Below, in pieces: positions 19,325 to 28,988 of a stretch of 64,000 bases of DNA. The stretch comes from Planctomycetota bacterium (GTDB lineage: Bacteria > Planctomycetota > PLA2 > JAEUHO01): the NCBI GenBank assembly GCA_965223505.1, contig CBDCWP010000034.1:96001-160000 (forward strand), read 5' to 3'. Under the pieces are notes generated by a model, which saw only the letters and a list, made by a program, of their open reading frames with translations, was not told the origin of the DNA and did no database searches. How positions within the stretch are numbered: position 1 is the first letter of the stretch; the number at the start of each line of letters is the position of its first letter. Position numbers and translations under genes: made by a program.

Positions 19325-21006
19325 AGGGCCTCGCGCTGTTCGCCGTGCTCGCGTTCGTGAAGCTCACGGGCGCGCTGGCGCACGACATCGAGTGGTCCGG
19401 CGTCGTCGTGATTGCGCTGCTCTGGCAGGACGCCTCGATCGCGCTGGCGTTCGAGGCGCTGAGCCGGGCGCTGCGACCGCGGGTCGCGTGGACCGTCTAC
19501 GGTGCGTTGTGCGCGTACGCGGTCGCAAACCTCCCGGTCGTGCGCGTGCTTGCGACGCCCATGACGTTGCCCATGCTCCGCGCGACCGACGGCGCCCTCT
19601 CCGATTCGGTCGTGCGCTACGCGACGCTCGGCAACGTCGCGCTCGTGTTCGTCGGCGGTGCGCTCGCTTGGATCGCCCCGCGGCGTCTGCCGCGCACGGC
19701 GTCGACGCTGCCCGTCTGCGCCCTGGTGTTGGTCGCCGTAGGCGGCTTCGCAGCGGGCGCCGACGCGCGCACCCACGGGCTGCATCGAAGCGCCGTTCCG
19801 ACGCTGGTGCGAAGCGCGTTCCCACGCCTCGCGGCCGCCGGGTCGAGCGATGTCGAGTGGCGGGCGCCGTTCGAGCCGGGCGCGCCGTCCCAGGACTGCA
19901 CCGCGCTCTACGGCACGGCCCGCGGTTGCAACGTGTTGATGGTGGTGCTGGAGTCGGTCGCCGCCGCGGACGTGAAGCCGTGGGGCGGAAGCGCCGATCC
20001 GATGCCGAACCTCACCGCGCTCGCGAACCGGTCGCTCGTGTTCGAGAACGCGTATGCCGTCTATCCCGAGAGCGTGAAGGGGCTCGTCGCCTTGCTCGCG
20101 TCGCGTCCGCCCGCCATGGACACCGCAGCGGAGGACTACGCGGGCGTCGCGTTCGAGACGCTGCCGCGCACGCTCGGCGGCGCCGGCTACGCGTCAGCGT
20201 TGTTTCACAGCGGGCGTTTCGACTATCTCGGCATGAACGCCGTCGTTCGGGAGCGTGGCTACGACGTCTTGCACGACGCGGGCGACATCGGCGGCGTCCA
20301 CGAGTCGAGCTTCGGTGTCGACGAACGCTCGACGGTCGAACACGCGCTGCGCTGGATTCGCGCAAGGGGAGACACGTCGTGGTTCGTGACGTACATGCCC
20401 ATCGCAGGACACCATCCGTATGACGCGCCCGAGGCGGGGCCGTACGACGCGCGCACCGAACGCGGCGCGTACTACAACGCGCTACACTACGCGGACCGGT
20501 ACGTCGGCCGGCTGATCGCCGGCGTCCCCGACGACACACTGATCGTCGTGGTCGGTGACCACGGCCAGGCGTTTCACCAGCATCCCGGCAACTACGGCCA
20601 CAGCTTCTTCCTCTACGAGGAGAACGTACGCGTCCCGCTGCTGATCGCCGCGCCGGGCGTGGAGGCGCGCCGGATCGAGCGTGTCGCGAGCCACCTCGAT
20701 GTCGCGCCGACCGTGCTCGAGCTGCTGGGTAGGCCGGTTCCGGCGTCGTTTCGGGGCGGGTCGCTGCTCGAGCCCGCGCCCCGCCCCGCGCTGATGTTCA
20801 CGGACTACTCCATGGCGCTGCTCGCGCTGCGCGACGGACGGTGGAAGTTCATCCATGAGGTGGAGTCCGGGCGCAGTGCCCTCTTCGACCTTGCGGCGGA
20901 TCCCGGGGAGCGTGTGGACCTTGCCGGTCGTCACGGCACCCGCGTGCGTGCCTACCGGGATCGCCTGCTGCGCTGGGGCGCCGCGCAACGGGCGGCCTAT
21001 CGCTAG
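19321..21006 (+). CDS. LtaS-like membrane sulfatase/alkaline-phosphatase superfamily protein
   Basis: About 4-5 N-terminal TM segments, then NVLMVVLES, HHPY, GDHG, LFDLAADPGE; GTGA coupling. Confidence 0.82.
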   Translation: MKGLALFAVLAFVKLTGALAHDIEWSGVVVIALLWQDASIALAFEALSRALRPRVAWTVYGALCAYAVANLPVVRVLATPMTLPMLRATDGALSDSVVRYATLGNVALVFVGGALAWIAPRRLPRTASTLPVCALVLVAVGGFAAGADARTHGLHRSAVPTLVRSAFPRLAAAGSSDVEWRAPFEPGAPSQDCTALYGTARGCNVLMVVLESVAAADVKPWGGSADPMPNLTALANRSLVFENAYAVYPESVKGLVALLASRPPAMDTAAEDYAGVAFETLPRTLGGAGYASALFHSGRFDYLGMNAVVRERGYDVLHDAGDIGGVHESSFGVDERSTVEHALRWIRARGDTSWFVTYMPIAGHHPYDAPEAGPYDARTERGAYYNALHYADRYVGRLIAGVPDDTLIVVVGDHGQAFHQHPGNYGHSFFLYEENVRVPLLIAAPGVEARRIERVASHLDVAPTVLELLGRPVPASFRGGSLLEPAPRPALMFTDYSMALLALRDGRWKFIHEVESGRSALFDLAADPGERVDLAGRHGTRVRAYRDRLLRWGAAQRAAYR

Positions 21007-21028
21007 CCCGCGTGATTTCAGGCAGGCC

Positions 21029-22444
21029 CTAGTCGGACTCCTTCTTGCTGGCGAGCTTGCGATACGCCGCGACGATCTCGTCCGCGATCGTGTCAACCGC
21101 CTTCTCGGTGTTGGTGTGTGGATCCCAGGTCCGAACGTACGTAATCCCACTCATCGTCTTGTGCAGCTTGGGCCCATTGTCGGTCAGCTTCACCGGAATC
21201 AGCTCCAGGGCGTGATCGGCGCGCCGCCGGATCATCTGATCGCGCTCGTATTCGCAGTAGCCGCTCTCGAGCCACGCTCGCGAGTGGAGGATGATGCCGA
21301 CCTGCGCGTCGTCGATCTTCTCGGCGATCTCGGTCATCCACTCACTTCCCGGCGTGAGATCACCCGGATGCTTGTAGTAGAACGCGTCGTTGAATCGTTT
21401 CTTGAGCTCGGCCGCCAAACGCGCCGCGAACTCGATGTCTGCTCCCGCGCAGCTCAGGAACGCGTTGACCTCGACGTCCGCAGCACGCCGGAAGTATCGA
21501 GCCGCCTCCTCCGCGTTGGGAATGAGTGTGGCGGGGTGTTTCAGTGCCTCATTGAGCGATGTCACGCGTTCTACGAGCTGTTCCGGCGTCTGCCAGCGCG
21601 CTTGCTTGCGCGGGTCCGCATAACCGATCTCGAGGCCTCCGAACATCATGGCTTCCTCGGGGCCCCCGCCCTCCTCCTCCGACGCGACACGCCGGACCCG
21701 CATCGTCGGGATCGCGCACGCGTGGATGTACGGCACGATCCCAGTCAGCGAGGCTGCTCGGCCGCAGTCGAGAACGAGCCAATCGAAGCGATCGAGCTCC
21801 GCGTAGTCCTTCGCCTGAAGTTGCGGCGGCCAAGGAAGTCGTCGAACGTCCCAGCCGACGAGCGCCTTCTTCAACAGGTCTTCGGTCGAGGCATCGTAGT
21901 CCTCGTCACTCAGGACCATACCGACCTGCCGTTCTTCGCAGGCGTTGCCGCCACGGCCGACCCAACCTTCGACGTCTTCGTAGAAGTGGCCGATGGCACG
22001 GCGGAACTTCTTCTCCGCGACGTTGGTGACGTCATCGGGAAGCTCGCGGGAGTCGAAAGGCGCTTTGTGGGCGGCGCTCGACAAGTTCAGCGTCTTGGCG
22101 TATCGGCGGTCGCTGAACACGATGATCGGCAGGCCGACGCGTCGCGCGATGTCGAGCTCGAGGCGGAAGTAGCGCGACTGCTTGCGAAGGTCCTCCACCG
22201 AAGGCGAGGCGTCCAACTCGTCGGGCAACGGATAGATCCCCACGAACGCGTCCGCCTCGCGGATCTTGCGCTCGATCCGGGTTACGTTCGAAGGGACCTT
22301 CTTCCCGTCCTGCGTGCCCTCGTCGACCTCGAATTGGACCTCGTGTTCGGCCGCCGTCAACAGGCCGTAGAAGTAGCGGTTGACGGCGAACGCCTCGTAC
22401 TTGTGGCTCAAGAAGACACGGACTCTGAGTTTCTCGGTGCCCAA
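21029..22444 (-). CDS. Multi-domain TIR protein (N-terminal TIR/NDT-like, central degenerate Rossmann-like, C-terminal TIR)
   Basis: RVFLSHKY...ADAFVGIY...YFRLELDIA and NAFLSCA...PGSEWMTEI...SRAWLESGYCEYE; TTG start inferred after GGAGGGAG. Confidence 0.78.
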   Translation of the reverse strand: MGTEKLRVRVFLSHKYEAFAVNRYFYGLLTAAEHEVQFEVDEGTQDGKKVPSNVTRIERKIREADAFVGIYPLPDELDASPSVEDLRKQSRYFRLELDIARRVGLPIIVFSDRRYAKTLNLSSAAHKAPFDSRELPDDVTNVAEKKFRRAIGHFYEDVEGWVGRGGNACEERQVGMVLSDEDYDASTEDLLKKALVGWDVRRLPWPPQLQAKDYAELDRFDWLVLDCGRAASLTGIVPYIHACAIPTMRVRRVASEEEGGGPEEAMMFGGLEIGYADPRKQARWQTPEQLVERVTSLNEALKHPATLIPNAEEAARYFRRAADVEVNAFLSCAGADIEFAARLAAELKKRFNDAFYYKHPGDLTPGSEWMTEIAEKIDDAQVGIILHSRAWLESGYCEYERDQMIRRRADHALELIPVKLTDNGPKLHKTMSGITYVRTWDPHTNTEKAVDTIADEIVAAYRKLASKKESD

Positions 22445-22521
22445 ACTCCCTCCCGAAGGCCCGGCTCGCGCGCCATGGTCACCGGGTGCGCGGGGTATCG
22501 TCAAGACCGCACGGAGGACGC

Positions 22522-22983
22522 ATGCTGGACGAGCTGCTCGAGGCGATTCGAACCAACAACCGCATCAACCTGTTGCTGATCGACGAGATCAGCGCCGAAG
22601 GGTTGAAGGACACGCTCTCGACCCGCGGTGGCCGCGACGTCGCCGCCCAGCTGGCACACATCCACACCAACCGGGTCTGGCAGATGGAGAAGCGCGGCAA
22701 GGCCTTCGCCGAAGGGCTGGTCAAGTTCAGCGCCAAGGACGAGCCGACGCGGGCACAGCTCAAGCGCGCGATGACCGCGTCGGGCAAGGCGCTCGAGAAG
22801 TTCTTCACCGCCATCGTGGACGGCAAGGCAAGGTGCTTGAAGAAAGGGCCCCTGAACTACCTGGCGTACTTCATCTCGCACGAAGCCCACCATCGCGGCA
22901 ACATCCTGCTCACCCTCAAGCAGTGCGGCCACAAGCTCGACCGCAACACCGCGTACTCGCTCTGGGACTGGGACCGCAGATAG
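22522..22983 (+). CDS. DinB/YfiT-family metal-binding protein
   Basis: GGAGG RBS; QLAHIH and HEAHHRG His motifs; four-helix character. Confidence 0.82.
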   Translation: MLDELLEAIRTNNRINLLLIDEISAEGLKDTLSTRGGRDVAAQLAHIHTNRVWQMEKRGKAFAEGLVKFSAKDEPTRAQLKRAMTASGKALEKFFTAIVDGKARCLKKGPLNYLAYFISHEAHHRGNILLTLKQCGHKLDRNTAYSLWDWDRR

Positions 22984-22994
22984 TCGCCTGGCTC

Positions 22995-23026
22995 CTCAGC
23001 GGCGCCTAAGTGCCGTGGCCTAGCGT
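22995..23026 (+). promoter_or_regulatory. Direct-repeat box CTCAG-N6-CTAAG plus -10-like TAGCGT
   Basis: Box 22995-23010; hexamer 23021-23026 lies 10 nt downstream and 6 nt before GTG 23033. Confidence 0.65.
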
Positions 23027-23032
23027 GCGAGC

Positions 23033-23757
23033 GTGAAAGCGTCTCTGGCCGCCCTCGCCGTGATCTCGATCGCAGCCGGCTGCGGCCTGGATCTCCCGCA
23101 ACCGCTCGTCGGCGACCTCGCCGAGCCGGCCTTCGATCCCGGCAACTTCAACGACCGCTCCGCGGAGATCCACCACCTCTACTACCCCTTCGTTCCGGGC
23201 TCGACCTACACCTATCGCGGCGAGACCGAAGGCGGCGCCGTGGAAGAGGTGGAGGTCAACGTCTCGCGCGCGACGCGCGACGTGCTCGGCGTGACCTGTC
23301 TCGTCGTGGTCGAGCGGGAGTTCGAGGACGGCGCGCTCGTAGAAGAGACGCACGACTGGTACGCCCAGGACCTCTTCGGAAACATCTGGTACTTCGGCGA
23401 GGACTCGACCGAGTACGAAACGGTGTCGTCACCGGCACCGGCGGCTCCTGGGAGGCCGGCCTCGACGGGGCCGAGCCCGGGATCCTGTTCAAGGCGCTCT
23501 CCGTCCCGCTCGACGAGTATCGGCAGGAGTACTACCCGGGCCGCGCGGAGGACATGGCCAGGGTCGTGGCGCTGAACGTGGCCGTCACGCTCGAGAACGG
23601 ACTCAGCTACCCCCAGTGCGTACAGACGCAGGAGTGGACGCCGCTCGAGCCCGGTGGGGACGAATACAAGTTCTACGCGCTCGGAATCGGCCTCGTGCGC
23701 GAGCAGCCGCTCGACGGCGGGCCCGGGCTCGAGCTGGTCGGGATTCGGTCGGATTGA
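23033..23757 (+). pseudogene. Lipoprotein gene with a single-base frameshift (paralog of 26896-27561); pseudogene or sequencing error
   Basis: Adding one A to the AAA at 23418-23420 gives continuous ...WYFGEDSTEYENGVVTGTGGSWEAGLDGAEPGILF...YRQEYYPGRAEDMARV...YKFYALGIGLVRE, collinear with the paralog. Confidence 0.8.
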
Positions 23758-23841
23758 GGGGATTCGTCGTGCGAGCCGGTCGTTTCGAACGCCTGTCAAC
23801 CTGCTGTTCGGGCCGTTTCGCGCGGGGGCGGCACGGCCGAA

Positions 23842-23873
23842 CCAAGGATTCCCTAAGATTTCGTCATGAGAAT
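23842..23873 (+). promoter_or_regulatory. Direct-repeat box CCAAG-N6-CTAAG plus -10-like GAGAAT upstream of the PepSY/two-component operon
   Basis: Box 23842-23857; hexamer 23868-23873 exactly 10 nt downstream. Confidence 0.68.
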
Positions 23874-23908
23874 CCCGGGGCCTCGGGGGCCGACGAAGGG
23901 AGCTGTCC

Positions 23909-24484
<576 letters not shown>

Positions 24485-24493
24485 GCACGACCG

Positions 24494-25159
24494 ATGAAGA
24501 TCTTGGTCATCGAAGACTCGGAACGCCTCCGGCGCTCGCTCGAGCTCGGGCTGCGCCGTTCCGGGTTCGCGGTCGACGTCGTCGGCGACGGCGAAGAAGG
24601 GCTCGCCTATGCCCGTCACGGGAAGTACGACGCCGTCATCCTCGACTTGATGCTTCCGAAGCTCGACGGGCTGACCCTGCTGCGCCGGCTGCGGGAGGAA
24701 GGAAACGACGTCCACGTGTTGATCCTTTCCGCGCGGGATCAGGTCGAGGAACGGATCGAAGGCCTGCAGCTCGGATCCGACGACTACCTCACGAAGCCGT
24801 TCGCGTTCGAAGAGCTCGTCGCCCGGTTGCGCGCCCTCGTTCGCCGCAAGTACGGAACGAAGAGCCCGGTTCACCGCGTCGGGCCGCTCGAGATCGACAC
24901 CGGCAGGCGCGCGGTCGTGCGCGACGCGAAGGAGATCCCGCTCACGCGCAACGAGTACTCCGTGCTCGAGTACCTCGTCGCGAGGCGGGGACGGGTCGTC
25001 TCGAAGTCCGAGCTTCTCGATCATCTCTACGCCGGCGCCGGCCACGGGTCCGAGAACGCCGTCGAGGTGTTCGTCCACCAGCTGCGCAAGAAGATCCACG
25101 TCAACGGCGATGCCGAGGTCATCCGAACCCGCCGCGGCCACGGCTACGTGATCGACTGA
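24494..25159 (+). CDS. OmpR/PhoB-family response regulator
   Basis: MKILVIED, ILDLMLP, DDYLTKPF, winged helix with IRTRRGHGY. Confidence 0.95.
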   Translation: MKILVIEDSERLRRSLELGLRRSGFAVDVVGDGEEGLAYARHGKYDAVILDLMLPKLDGLTLLRRLREEGNDVHVLILSARDQVEERIEGLQLGSDDYLTKPFAFEELVARLRALVRRKYGTKSPVHRVGPLEIDTGRRAVVRDAKEIPLTRNEYSVLEYLVARRGRVVSKSELLDHLYAGAGHGSENAVEVFVHQLRKKIHVNGDAEVIRTRRGHGYVID

Positions 25160-25162
25160 CCC

Positions 25163-26638
25163 ATGTATTCCGTCCGCAAGCGCTTGATGATCATCCTGGC
25201 AGTCGGCTTCGCCGTCCTGATCGCGGTCACGGGCTACTACGTGTTCGACCTCCTCAACGAGCGCGTCACGCAGGAGTTCGACCAGGCGCTCCTGACCAAG
25301 GCCCGCGCGTTCGTCGCGATGACCGAGTCCGAGGACGGTCAGATCGAGCTCGACTACCACGCGGCGCACATGCCCGAGTACGAACGCGAGGAAGACCCCG
25401 AGTACTTCCAATTCTGGCTCGACGACGGGCGCATGCTCCTGCGATCGGCACAGCTCGAGAAGTCGGGGACCGATCTTCCGTTCGATCTCGAGAAGTCGGG
25501 CGCGCCCTACTACCGGGACACGACGCTCCCGGACGGACGGTCGGGACGCTGCGTTCAGCTGGCGTACGTTCCCCGTGAGTCGAAGGACGGCGACGAGCCG
25601 AAGACCGACGACGAAGAGCACATCGGCGAGGCGTCGACGACGCTCGGCGTGGTCGTGGTCGTCGCGCGCGATCGCAAGAGCCTCGACTCGATGCTCGGCG
25701 CCATCAGCTCCGTGATCGTCGGCGCGGGGCTCATTGCGGCGTTGATTGCCGTCCTCCTGGTCTGGCGCGCGCTGGTGACCGGATTCCGTCCCATCCACCG
25801 CATCGCAGACCAGGTCGAAGCGCTCGATGCCGAATCGTTGGGCGCCCGCGTGGCGTTGGACCAGACGCCCAAGGAGCTCGCGCCGATCGTCGATCAGCTC
25901 AACGCGCTTCTCGACCGGATTCGAGCGGTGTTCGAACGCGAACGGCGGTTCACCGCGAACGTCGCGCACGAGCTGCGCACCCCGATCTCGGAGTTGCGAT
26001 CGCTCGCGGAGGTCGGCAGAGAGTTCCCCGAAGACCGGCAGGCCGTGTTCCAGTTCTTCGGCGACGTGTCGGACGTCGCGGAGCAGATGGAGGGCGTGAT
26101 CGCCGATCTGCTGCTCCTTGCTCGCTGTCATGCCGGCGTCGAGCACGTCGAGCTGTCGGACGTCGGCCTCGCCGACACCGTGGCGTCGGCCTGGAAGCCG
26201 TTCGCGGCGCGCGCCGAGAAGCGCGGGCTCCGCTTCGACTGGGACATCGCCCCGGACCTCGTCGTCAAGTCCGACCGCAGCAAGCTGGGCATCATCTTCG
26301 GCAACGTGCTGGGCAACGCGGTCAACTACGCACGACCCGACGCGGAGATCCGTTGCGTGGCCGTGCGCACCGGCGACACGTTCGTCATCGACGTCACGAA
26401 CGCCGCGGCGCGGCTGAGCGCCGACGAGCTTCGGAGTCTGACCGAGCCCTTCTGGCGCAAGGACGAGGCCCGCAGCGCGGCGGAGCACGCTGGATTGGGC
26501 CTGTCCGTCGTGGCCGAGCTCGCCACGTTGCTCGGGCTCGGCGTCCAATTCGACCAGACCGCCGACGGCCTGTTTCGCGTTCGTCTGCGTGGGCGCGCGC
26601 AGCCTGCCGCTAGACTCGAGAAACTAAGCAGTGCCTAG
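25163..26638 (+). CDS. Sensor histidine kinase (two TM, acidic periplasmic domain, HAMP, HisKA, HATPase)
   Basis: AHELRTP H-box, NVLGNAVNY N-box, GLGLSVV G-box. Confidence 0.95.
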   Translation: MYSVRKRLMIILAVGFAVLIAVTGYYVFDLLNERVTQEFDQALLTKARAFVAMTESEDGQIELDYHAAHMPEYEREEDPEYFQFWLDDGRMLLRSAQLEKSGTDLPFDLEKSGAPYYRDTTLPDGRSGRCVQLAYVPRESKDGDEPKTDDEEHIGEASTTLGVVVVVARDRKSLDSMLGAISSVIVGAGLIAALIAVLLVWRALVTGFRPIHRIADQVEALDAESLGARVALDQTPKELAPIVDQLNALLDRIRAVFERERRFTANVAHELRTPISELRSLAEVGREFPEDRQAVFQFFGDVSDVAEQMEGVIADLLLLARCHAGVEHVELSDVGLADTVASAWKPFAARAEKRGLRFDWDIAPDLVVKSDRSKLGIIFGNVLGNAVNYARPDAEIRCVAVRTGDTFVIDVTNAAARLSADELRSLTEPFWRKDEARSAAEHAGLGLSVVAELATLLGLGVQFDQTADGLFRVRLRGRAQPAARLEKLSSA

Positions 26639-26803
26639 GCGCTGCTTGGTGAAATCCCGCTGCTGCGCCCGGCGATCCTCTTGCTGCGCCCGGCCCGAAC
26701 TCGGAACCTCGTCCTCGACGGGCACAGAGCCCGCCTGCGGCGAGAACCGCTCGTTCGGGCTCCGGCTCGCATCGGTCTCCCCGGGCTCGCGACGCGGCAA
26801 TTT

Positions 26804-26846
26804 CCAAGCAGTGCCTAAGGCGTTCCTAAGCGTTCCGATCAAGAAT
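26804..26846 (+). promoter_or_regulatory. Triple direct-repeat box CCAAG-N6-CTAAG-N6-CTAAG plus -10-like AAGAAT
   Basis: Half-sites at 26804, 26815 and 26826 (11-bp period); hexamer 26841-26846 exactly 10 nt downstream. Confidence 0.72.
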
Positions 26847-26895
26847 GCGCCTTGCTCGGGCGGGCGCCTTGGGTGGGGTGCGAGGAGTTGATGCC

Positions 26896-27561
26896 GTGAA
26901 GTCGTTGCTGTTGATCGCAGTCCTCGCTGCGGCCCCTCTGGTGGGTTGCGGCGCCGTTCCCACGGAGGTGCCGGGGCCCGAGTCGTTCACGGTCGGGATT
27001 CAGCATCCGTACCTGACCGTCACACCGGACACGGTGTGGATCTACGAGGGGCACGACGAAGGCGTGCCGCGCCGCGAAGAGGTGTTCGTTGCCGGGATGA
27101 TGGAGATTCTCGGTGTGCACTGCACCGGCATTCGTGAGCACGTGTTCGATGACGGCGTGCTCGTCGAGGTGACGACCGAGTGGCTCGCGCAGGACGTCGA
27201 CGGCCACGTCTGGAAGTTCGGCGAGGAGAGCTTCGAGTTCGACGGGGAGAGCTTCGTGCCGACGGCGGACTCGTGGCTCGGCAGCGAGGAGGCGTTGCCC
27301 TGGGTGATCCTGGCCGCCAGGCCTCAGGTCGGCGACGTCTACGCCGGCTACACGCCCGAAGGCGAAGACCAGATCCACGTCACGTCCATCGACGAGACCG
27401 CGGAGGTTCCGGCCGGCACGTTCGCCAACAGCGTGAAGATGGTGGAGAATCCCGACGACGAGGACGACTCGGACATCATTCTCTACAGCCCGAAGGTCGG
27501 AAAGGTCTCCGAGGAGAGCGCCGGCGGCAAGATCGTTCTCGTCTCCATCGAGCAGCGCTGA
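26896..27561 (+). CDS. Acidic beta-rich lipoprotein of unknown function
   Basis: GAGGAG RBS, lipobox LVGC, WLAQDVDGHVWKFGE, VPAGTF, YSPKVGKV; paralog of 23033-23757. Confidence 0.78.
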   Translation: MKSLLLIAVLAAAPLVGCGAVPTEVPGPESFTVGIQHPYLTVTPDTVWIYEGHDEGVPRREEVFVAGMMEILGVHCTGIREHVFDDGVLVEVTTEWLAQDVDGHVWKFGEESFEFDGESFVPTADSWLGSEEALPWVILAARPQVGDVYAGYTPEGEDQIHVTSIDETAEVPAGTFANSVKMVENPDDEDDSDIILYSPKVGKVSEESAGGKIVLVSIEQR

Positions 27562-27567
27562 GCAAGG

Positions 27568-28770
27568 TCACGGCGTCTTCGTCTTGCGCACGGTGACGTC
27601 GTCGATCACCGCGCCGTCGACGCGAATGGCGCGGATGCGCGCCGTCGCCGGCGTGATGTCGACCAGCGTAAAGTGGTGGGCCGCCTCGCCGAACGCGAGC
27701 CGGAAGTCGTCGGCAAGCGGATAGAGCGTGTTGCCGCCGCCGCCCGTAACGACGTAGATCGGCGCCGGAGGATCGAGGATCTCGGCCCCCTGCATCTCGA
27801 TGGGCACGCCGAACCGAATCGGGTGCGTGCGCTGGTAGTTGTGGTCGTGCCCGCTGAACATGAAGTCGACGCCCGCGTCCTGCAGGAATGGGACGACGTT
27901 GAGGATGAGCGGCGTGTGGTCCGCGTGCCGGCCGCGCGTGTACGGCGGCCGATGCGTGAACGTGATCGTCCACGGCGGCGCCGGCTCGGCGAGCTTGTTC
28001 CGCAGCCATCGAACCTGCGGCGCGTCGGGCGACTCGATGCCGAACTCCGCGTTGATCGAGATGAACCGCGCGCAGCCGCGGCGGAACTCGTAGTACTGCT
28101 CCGAACCGTCGACGTCGTTGCGCGGCAGCGGCAGTACCGACAACGTGGGCACGCCGGCGTCGGTGGCGACGTCGTGATTGCCGAGCGCGACGTAGCACGG
28201 GGTGTGGGTCATGAGGTTCGCGAACGGAATGAGCATGCGGGCGCGCACCTCCGTCGGAGATCCCGCCTTGTACGCGACGTCGCCGGTGAACAGCACCAGG
28301 TCGGGGTTGGCCGCCTCGATGCCGGCGACGTTGGCCATCTGCGGGAGGCACCCGCACCCCATGTCGCCGATCACGGCGAATCGCACCGGCGCACTCGGAT
28401 CGTCGGATGCCGTCTCGAATCGGTGCGTGCGCGATGAGGGCCGGCCTTCGATGACGAGCCGGTACTTGTAGACGGTCGAAGGAAGAAGCCCGGTGAGCTC
28501 GACCTCGTGCGTCGTACCGGCCGCCGGCGAAGCGATCCGGCGTAGCGTCCCGTCGGGGGCCTCGAGCTCGACTTCGCCGGGTCCGCGCTGCGAGAGCTCC
28601 CAATAGAGACGAACCTGTGTGGGCTGAACGTCCCCGAGGACCGGACCCGCGTCGATGCCGGCCTCGAAGGTAGGGAATGGGGCGCCGAGATTGGAGCTGC
28701 CGCCGCACGCCGGTAGGCAGGCCCCGACGAGCGATACGAGGAGGGACAGGACGATCGCATGTCGGGTCAT
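27568..28770 (-). CDS. Purple-acid-phosphatase-like metallophosphoesterase lipoprotein with an N-terminal FN3-like domain
   Basis: GDMG, TGDVAY, LGNHD, HRPPY, SGHDHNYQR, VTGGGG motifs. Confidence 0.9.
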   Translation of the reverse strand: MTRHAIVLSLLVSLVGACLPACGGSSNLGAPFPTFEAGIDAGPVLGDVQPTQVRLYWELSQRGPGEVELEAPDGTLRRIASPAAGTTHEVELTGLLPSTVYKYRLVIEGRPSSRTHRFETASDDPSAPVRFAVIGDMGCGCLPQMANVAGIEAANPDLVLFTGDVAYKAGSPTEVRARMLIPFANLMTHTPCYVALGNHDVATDAGVPTLSVLPLPRNDVDGSEQYYEFRRGCARFISINAEFGIESPDAPQVRWLRNKLAEPAPPWTITFTHRPPYTRGRHADHTPLILNVVPFLQDAGVDFMFSGHDHNYQRTHPIRFGVPIEMQGAEILDPPAPIYVVTGGGGNTLYPLADDFRLAFGEAAHHFTLVDITPATARIRAIRVDGAVIDDVTVRKTKTP

Positions 28771-28800
28771 GGCTGCTCCAAAGACCGCGCACCCGAAGAC

Positions 28801-28832
28801 ACCTTCCGTCCCCTCCCTTAGGCCCTGCTGAG
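28801..28832 (-). promoter_or_regulatory. Direct-repeat box CTCAG-N6-CTAAG (minus strand) plus -10-like GAAGGT upstream of the metallophosphoesterase
   Basis: Plus strand cttag 28817-28821 and ctgag 28828-28832; hexamer 28806-28801 is 10 nt downstream on the minus strand. Confidence 0.65.
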
Positions 28833-28988
28833 GCCTGGGGCCGCGTCGCGCTGTCGCGACATCGTAGCCCCGTCTGTCGCGCCGAATCGACGCGGGGATT
28901 CCGCTTCGATCGGCGCCCGACCCCATGAAATGGGGCTTCGTCGCCTCTTGGCCACCGACGGAACATGGGTTGCGCCTCCGGTGTGCCC

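Noticed and set aside
26610..26891. Short ORFs between the kinase and lipoprotein genes
   Set aside because: No RBS or recognisable protein features; they overlap regulatory boxes
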